Assembly (NCBI GenBank): GCA_002104945.1
Contig: MCFH01000002.1
Location: forward strand, 1,178,001-1,242,000
Source of the DNA: Piromyces finnis finn
Taxonomy: Eukaryota; Fungi; Neocallimastigomycota
DNA: 64,000 nt
Direction of reading: 5' to 3'
Shown here in pieces: positions 56,179 through 64,000 of the stretch. The translations under genes were made by a program, and so were the position numbers. Position 1 is the first letter of the stretch. The number at the start of each line of letters is the position of its first letter. The notes below the pieces were generated by a model. It saw nothing but the letters and a program-made list of their open reading frames with translations. It had not been told where the DNA came from and ran no database searches.

Positions 56179-58974
56179 TTATCTTTGTTTAAATATTTTT
56201 TTACAGCCTGATGGATATTTTAAAAAGTTTTTAGTTAATAATGTAAGAATAGTTAGTATTTCCCATACCATAAACCATGAATAAAATGGTGTTAATAATA
56301 ATATTAATGGATTATACGAATAAAATGTCCTTGAATGACTTTTTATACAGAAATAAATTAAATATAAATGTACAAATATTGTTATAATACATTGGCGGCA
56401 TTTACAATGATTTAGATAAACAATTATTAAAAATAGAATTGTTTGTTGAACGAGGAGTTCTTTAAATATATAAAAATAGGCATCAGAGTAATTAACTCTT
56501 TCTCCGTTAGCATAAACACCATGTAAAAAGACAATAACAAATCTTTCTTTAAAAGTTTTTCCTTTATCCATAAGGTTACCAAATAGCTGTGGGCCTATAA
56601 GATAGTATATATAGAAGAAGTGATATGGATAAAACAAATATGGATTTGATGCAAAACTAATGAAAGGTTTAATTATAAACCGGTATATAAATTTTTTTTT
56701 CTTTGGCATCATTACTTTATCTATTGAATAATCACTATCATGACTAGTAATTGAACTAACATTATCATTATAACTATTCATTTCATACTGTTCAACAGAA
56801 TTATACTGAACTTCAGTGGAAGAATGATTATGAACATACATAAATGGAATGACTGCTAAAACAATATGATATAGAATAATTAACCCTGCGCATGTTAATG
56901 GTATCTAATATAGAATATTAAAATATAAAAAATAGAAATAAATAGAAATTATTATAATTAGTATTACTACTATTATATTTTATAACAAAAGAGATAAATA
57001 TAATAGATTTATTTAATAATTAAAAATATATTTAAAATTTACGTACAAGAGCTGGTAAATAAAATCTTAAAGCATTTCTACTGAATATATCAATTCTAAA
57101 ATTTTCTTGTTTGTGATTGAAATTAAAATGAATTGTATTTTCACCAACTAAATCATTGCTATCAATTGCTTTTACTATCATTACATGGGATTTTCCATCA
57201 TTATATGATTCATTACCTGCCCATTCCATTGCATAAAGTGGAAGATACTCATCTGATTTTAAATTATCATTACCAATTAATTTAAAAGATGAATTTTGAT
57301 TACTAAGAGAATCAACTGTTGATACTTTTTCTCCATCAATATATAAAGATATTGATTTTATCGGAGATTCACTAAAAATTAAAGTACGAACATGTGTTAA
57401 TTTTTTTGGATTTATTGTTGGGAAATGATTATCTGATAATGTGATCTGAGTATCTTGAGGATTAGTAATAAGAACTATTGGATTAATTGGCATATTAAAT
57501 TTAGGTTGTTTTAACAAATCTTCAAGACCATAATCTTTTGGATTAACATAAGGTATATTTGGCATTTGCAAAACATTATCAGCAAAACTTATTACATCAT
57601 GGTCAACAGCAATAATTCGATAAGTTCCATGAATTTTCATATCTTTAAGTTCCAATTCGATAAAATTTCTATGATGAGAATATAAAAATAAATCTATTCA
57701 CACAACACAATATTAATACATTATAATTAGAAAAGATTGGTATTATGTATAAGCTTTATTAAATATACTTACTATATTTTAAATCATGAAGATGTCCTGA
57801 TAAATATAAACTTATTTGTTTTGATAAGTCGTTCCATGTTCTATTATCGCTTGTTTTAGCTACATTAATAGTATTACTTGGATAATGACTAAAGGAAAAA
57901 ATATGTTTATGATTATTTGATTTTGCAAAATCATATATATTTGCGATTCTATCTATTTTTTCTCTATCAACGGTACCAAATAAGTTATATGGTGATGATG
58001 GACCATGTCTTGGTCTTTTATATTCAATGAAAATTATATTAAAATATATATATTATTATTATACGATATTTGATAAATTATTATATAATATATTTATTTC
58101 TTAAACATACGTTGCATCAATGCTATTAAAGGTATATGAGCCGTAATCTGTTACATAACTAATATGAAAACTATCCTTTTTTGTAATAGAATAATTTTTA
58201 TATAAATTTGCTTCATGGTCAAAATCTGGTGTATTAAAAGAATCATGATTACCTCTTAAATCAAACCAAGAGGATTCATTATGTTTTTTAAAGTATTCAC
58301 TTTGTGTTACAAGGGTATTGTAAGCTTTCCATTCTCTTTCTTTTTGCTTTGACTGAACAAAATTATTTGCAGCAGAATCAACAATGTCTCCAGTAACAAA
58401 TACGAATCTTGGTGAAATAACAGGTAATAAATTTTCAACAAGAAATTTTAAATGAGAAAATGTTCCAATTTTATATAATTCAGATATATGAAGATCTGAA
58501 ATCTTTTTAATATATATAGAAAATAAATGGTTGTATTGTAATTGTTTTTTTTTTTTTTGTTGTTGTTGTTGTTTTTGTTTTTGTTTTTTCATAAATAACA
58601 AAAAAGAATTATTTGGAAAAAAAAAAAAAAAATTTTAAAATAATTAAAAGGAATGAAATTAGAATATGAATAAGTTTAAAATAAAATTTAGATTTCTTTA
58701 TAATTTTAGTATATTTTTCAATATAATAATAATAATAATAAAAAAAAAAAATTCTTACTTGAATAAAATAAAAAATATTAGTTGGTTTATTATCTATTAC
58801 TTCATTATTATAATTTTTATTATAATTTTTTTTATCATTGATATTGATAATATCTTCATAATTTCCAAGGTTATTTTTTGTTTTAGAATTTAAACCTGAA
58901 CGAAATATTAAAAATTGAAATAGTGAAAGAACATATGCAGCAATTGTTGTATACAATACCCATTTCTTATTCAT
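56179..58974 (-). CDS. TMEM62-like calcineurin-like metallophosphoesterase with C-terminal TM helices, multi-exon
   Basis: ISDLHIS, VTGDIVDS, DLRGNHDSF, FSHYP, LSGHLH and ELKDMK...YRIIAVDHD motifs, with N- and C-terminal hydrophobic segments. Confidence 0.82.
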
Positions 58975-58986
58975 TTTTCTACTTTA

Positions 58987-59021
<35 letters not shown>

Positions 59022-60095
59022 GTGTAAATAAGTTATAGATATTTTTTGCCTTTTTTATATTATTTTAAATTTTTTCATATTTAACTATTCATTAATATAA
59101 TTGAATTTTTAATTATTATCAAATTTTTAAAAATATTATCATTATCATTGTTCTTAATATTGTTTTATAATATCTTTTATTATTTAATTTTTATTTAATA
59201 TAATTGTGATTATTATTAAATAATTATTCAATATTACTATAATCAAACCCACTTTAAAAATTAATCATTTATTCGATTTATAATAAAAATGATAATTTTA
59301 TAAAAAGTGTTAACAATTGCTAACAATAGTATTTTTTGTTTTTTTCATGGATTAGATGTTGCATAGTTAAAACAAAAAAAAAAAAATAAAATTAAAACTA
59401 AAAAAAGTTATATAAAAAAATATCATTATATTAACATAAATCAATAAAATAATTAATTAATTAATTGATCAAACAATTTTTATTATTATTATTATTTCTA
59501 TTATTATTATTATCTTTTACTACAATTATCATTATTATTTATAATTAACTTTTTATTATTGCTAAACACTTTGAAAAGAATTATTATATGTATATATTTT
59601 TATTAAAGTTAATTCAAATTATAAAAGTATAAACGTATAAACTATTATTTCCTCTTATTTCATGACATTATATACAATATATGACAATTAAAAAAAATAC
59701 TTTAAATTTTATTTCATAATAAAAAAAAAAAATGGATATTCAATGTAATTTATAAATTATATGTAATATCAATTTATTGAAGATATAATTAAATATTATG
59801 AAAGTAACTTCATGAACAGTAAAAAAAAAAAAAAAAAAGGGTTTGTTTAAATCTTATATTATTAAATCATTCATATATAAATTTTTGTTATAGAAAATTA
59901 CAATTAAAATAAGAAATTGTAAACATCAAAATAATAGTTTTTCTAATTATAAACAATTGTCAATTTTTTTTTTCTTCACATCATCTTGGGTATAAGTTTT
60001 TTAAAGTTTATAAAGAATTACTAATTTATAATAATGAAAATACTATAAAAATATATATTGGTAATCAATTAAAACAAAACACGATACTTAATTTT

Positions 60096-60565
60096 CGACC
60101 CCGCAGATGTCAGTGCCTGTGGATTTTCCCACTGGGTTTGCCATGGGTTGGGTTATGATATTCAGGTAAGTATAAATGAACTTTCTAATTTACTACTATG
60201 ATAATAACACTCGTCTAGCCGGCCTGAGAGGGTCTAGTGTACATGGTACATTCCAAATTAGAACTTAATAAGTGGTGACTTAGGCTATGCCAAAAACACA
60301 TAATATTCCTTAATCAATTTAAGTGTAAACATTAGGGGGCGGTTGACACGTGATCAAATTGACTATAAGAGGCTTAGCATTGTAGTTGTGAAATATCGTA
60401 CAACGACATGCATCTAATGTACATGGATTAAGTGAGCGTCGAAGCTGAAGAAACAGTATGACAGACCAGGAGGGTCACAACCACCTAGCAATAGGAATGA
60501 GCCAACGTTTCTCTAAGAACCACCATTGGAGCTAACTCTGATCGATGGGAGAAATGCACTCGGAA

Positions 60566-60622
<57 letters not shown>
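60096..60622 (+). mobile_element. SINE-like non-autonomous retroelement (473-bp body plus 54-nt poly(A)), flanked by a 12-bp TSD
   Basis: A GC-richer island in about 85% AT DNA. ATACTTAATTTT at 60084-60095 and 60623-60634, poly(A) 60569-60622, no ORF, and a 38/43-nt match to the LINE 3' region. Confidence 0.9.
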
Positions 60623-60626
<4 letters not shown>

Positions 60627-61584
60627 TTAATTTTTACATTTTATTTTAATCATTATATTTTCTTATTCTCCCTTTCCAGTGTGATTAAAGGTGATTATAC
60701 TATCATTATACATATGCAACATTTTGAGATATTTTTTTATAATTAAAAATACTTTAAAAATAATTGTATAAATAAAACCATAATAATTTAAATTTTAAAC
60801 TTAAAATTGTTTATTTTTTTTAATAGAATCTCTTTAAAGTTTTATTTTAATATATTTTATTTTTATTAATTAAATAGTTTAATTAAGGTATAATTTGATT
60901 AAGAAAGTGTTACTAATTAATTTTAATACTAATAAAGTATATTTACTATGAAAATACTAAATAAAAATACAATTATAATAACTGTTATAAGGATAATAGT
61001 ATTAATATAATGTTAATAACTAAAATAAAAAAAACTATATATATGTAAAAAAAAAGAAACTTAGAATTGAAATGAAATTTGAAATCTATTAAAAACTTTA
61101 ATTTATATAGTTACAGTAATAAAGTAGTATCATTACTTTTAATTATACAATAAATTATTAAATTTAAATTATTGAAATATTGTTAAAGGCCAGATTTATA
61201 TATTTAAATCATTTATTATTATATGTGAAGATAGGTATAGAAAAAAGCATATTTCTCTCTTTTTTTATTTTATCTTTTTTTTTTCTTTAATATAATACTA
61301 TTTTTTTTTTTTTTATAAAGTAATATTAAAAATATAATTAGTATTAATTACAAATTGTTTTTATGGAGAGATTTCTCAAAATTAAGATTATATAATAATT
61401 TTGAAACATTGTATTTATCTGTGTAATTATAAAGAATATATTGAATATAATAAAAATTATGTAATATATATTTATATATTTATTTTTTCATTTCGATTTT
61501 TATATATTATAGTTTTTTATAATATTAAATAATCATACATAAATATAAATATTAGTAAATAATAAGTAACATTTAACTTTAGAA

Positions 61585-64000
61585 ATGTTTACCGGATCAG
61601 CTTCAAGTATAAATAAAACTCAACATAAAATACATCATTATAGAATAAAAGATAAAACTGAAGTAGAAAATAAATATAAATTTGGAAGAAAGCTTGGAGA
61701 GTATGATATCTAATATACTATTTTTATTTTAATAATAAAATATCTTTTTTTTTTTTATTTTTTATTATTTTTTATTATTTATTTTATTTTATTATATTTT
61801 ATATTATGATATTTCCTTTTCTTTGCTTTTTATTGAGATTATATTATTTTTATATAATAATCTTTTTTTTTTTTTTATTTATTTTATTTTTTATTTTTTA
61901 ATATTATTTAATTTTTTTTTTCCTTCAAATTATTATAAATATATATTAAATTTGGTATTTTTGTTTAATTAATAATTACATCAGAGGTGCATTTGGTACA
62001 GTAAATGTTGTTGAAGATAAGATTTCTCATTTAACATGGGCGTGTAAAGTAGTTAATAAAACAAAGGGTTCTGTATCAACTTTTGAACAGTTACAACAGG
62101 AAATTAATATTATGAAACAGTTGAACCACCCATATATTGTTAAATTACATGAAGTATATGAAACACCAAAAAAAATTTATATAATAATGGATAAGTAAAT
62201 ATTAATAAACTGTTAATAGTATAAATGGACTGTAAATTTAATTTAAAAATGTATATATTTTTTTATCATATAAAAGTTATGATGGAGGAGAATTAGTATC
62301 AAAGGTTAGAGAAAAAAGTTTTTGTTCCGAAGAGGATGTTAGAATTATAATATCAAGACTAGCAGATGCTGTTGGTATGCTATTATAAAAATATATTATT
62401 AAAATAATGAATAAATATTTTTATGGTAATGGATAATAATATATATCAATTATTATTGCAGCGTATCTTCATGAATCAGGTATTGTTCACAGGGATTTAA
62501 AGGTATATATAATAAAAACATTAATGATATTAGAATTTATTAGCAGAATAATAAATAGTAATATCAAATGTTTGAATTAATAAAATATAGCCAGAAAATA
62601 TTTTATTATCTACTGAAGATCCTGAGGACATATACAATATTAAAGTTATGGATTTCGGATTAGCAACATGTAAAGATTCAAGCACAATGATTGAAAATAT
62701 ATGTGGAACGCCATTTTATATGGGTATATATATAATAAACGATAAATTTATTTTTTATCATTAAATTTAAAGAATTATCTTTTTTTATTATTATTATTAA
62801 TTATATAATTTATATATAAAATTTTATAGCACCAGAAGTAGTTGATAATTTAGGTTATAGTCAACAATGTGATATATGGAGTATTGGTATTATGATGTAT
62901 TTACTGTAAGTTAGCATAAATAATATAAATATTAATCGATTAAAATATTTCTAATTTTATACTAATATAAAATATATTAATTACAAAATATAGACTCGTT
63001 GGTTATAAGAAGGAATGTGAAATTTTATTACATCAAATGATAACCAACAGAAAAATAGAATTTCCAGATGACTATTGGAAAAATATATCTGTTGGAGGTT
63101 AATAATGGTTTATCCAATATTTTGAAAGTTATAGTATTTATTAAAAGTATACTAATAATATAAACCCTATTTGGTATATTTGATTTTATATGTACGTAAT
63201 TTTAGCCAGAAATCTTGTAGAAAATTTATTAAAATTTGATCCAGCTCAAAGAATAACAGCAAAAGAAATTTTGCAACATCCATGGATAAATGTAAATTAT
63301 TTATTCTTTTTTTATTAATATTTAATTTAAGTAATTAATTATAAAATAAAAAAATAAAATATAGGGTGAAAATGGTGTAAGTACAAATACAACTGTTTTT
63401 GACTTAATGAAATCGTATAAAGCTGAAAAAAGATTAAAAGTAATAAGATAATATAATGAAATAACGATTTAGTAGAGTTAAAATAACCTTTTTTTTGTTA
63501 ACTCTTTTTATTTTTTGTATAATTAATATTATATAGAAAATAATCAATGTAGTATTAGCAGCAATTTATTTATGTAATGGAACATTTGAAGTTAATAATG
63601 ATCCAAAGGCAGATTCGAAAATAAGTCTACAAGAAAAAAGGTCAGATGAATCAACACAGTCTCAAGAAAAAAAAATAATAAAACAAAAAACAAATATAAC
63701 TAAATCGAAGATTAATGGTTCAGGTAATTCAACAAATTATTATATAATGTAACTAAATAGCATTAGTAGTTACAATAATAGTAACATAGAAATAAATATA
63801 TTACCATTTTTATACTCAAATATATTATTTATTAATTTTTTTATTTTTAAATTTTTTTTTTGATATATCTTTTTTTTATTTCAATATAGATAAAAATGGT
63901 ATAAGAAGACCCAGTGTAAATGCAAAATCAAAAGTAGCAAATGATTCAGATTTATTACATAGTCCACCTAATAGTCATAAAGGTTCTACTAAACAATTAA
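61585..64000 (+). CDS. STK33-like CAMK-group Ser/Thr kinase, multi-exon, runs past the window end; start may lie further upstream
   Basis: The spliced translation reads HHYRIKDKTEVENKYKFGRKLGEGAFGTV...WACKVVNK...LQQEINIMK...EVYETPKKIYIIM...GIVHRDLKPENIL...VMDFGLA...CGTPFYMAPEV...CDIWSIG. The N-lobe context resembles STK33. Confidence 0.8.

Noticed and set aside
60096-60160. HDV-like ribozyme or IscB/Fanzor omega-RNA at the SINE 5' end
   Set aside because: I could not assign P1/P1.1/P3/J4-2 with the catalytic C. A simple nested hairpin explains the sequence, and there is no TnpB/IscB/Fanzor ORF in the window.
60096-60568. tRNA- or 5S-derived SINE head
   Set aside because: No A box (TRGCNNARYGG) or B box (GTTCRANNC) is recognisable on either strand.

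Overview
Very AT-rich, intron-rich eukaryotic DNA, most consistent with an anaerobic gut fungus (Neocallimastigomycota). That is an inference from the composition, short GT-AG introns, Asn-rich proteins and a fungal MTC6-like gene. Host genes: aspartate aminotransferase (N-terminal PTS2-like exon), an intronless phage/bacterial-type macrodomain gene, ZNF830-like, INTS7-like, MTC6-like, an MRI1 paralogue with degenerate active-site motifs and a ~225-aa insertion, NT5C3-like nucleotidase, a full-size ABCA transporter, a secreted orphan, a membrane-anchored atypical GTPase, a TLDc protein, a TMEM62-like phosphoesterase and an STK33-like kinase running off the right end. The most striking content is a non-LTR retroelement system. 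A full-length single-ORF LINE (28157-33741) and a 5'-truncated copy (33852-38481) lie tail-to-tail 110 bp apart. Their target-site duplications are swapped, which implies an inversion between the copies or an assembly flip. About 22 kb further on is a 473-bp non-coding, non-tRNA, poly(A)/TSD-bounded SINE-like element (60096-60622). It shares with the LINE a 43-nt 3' motif carrying a compensatory base-pair change, and a 5' CAG|GTAAGT-containing motif.
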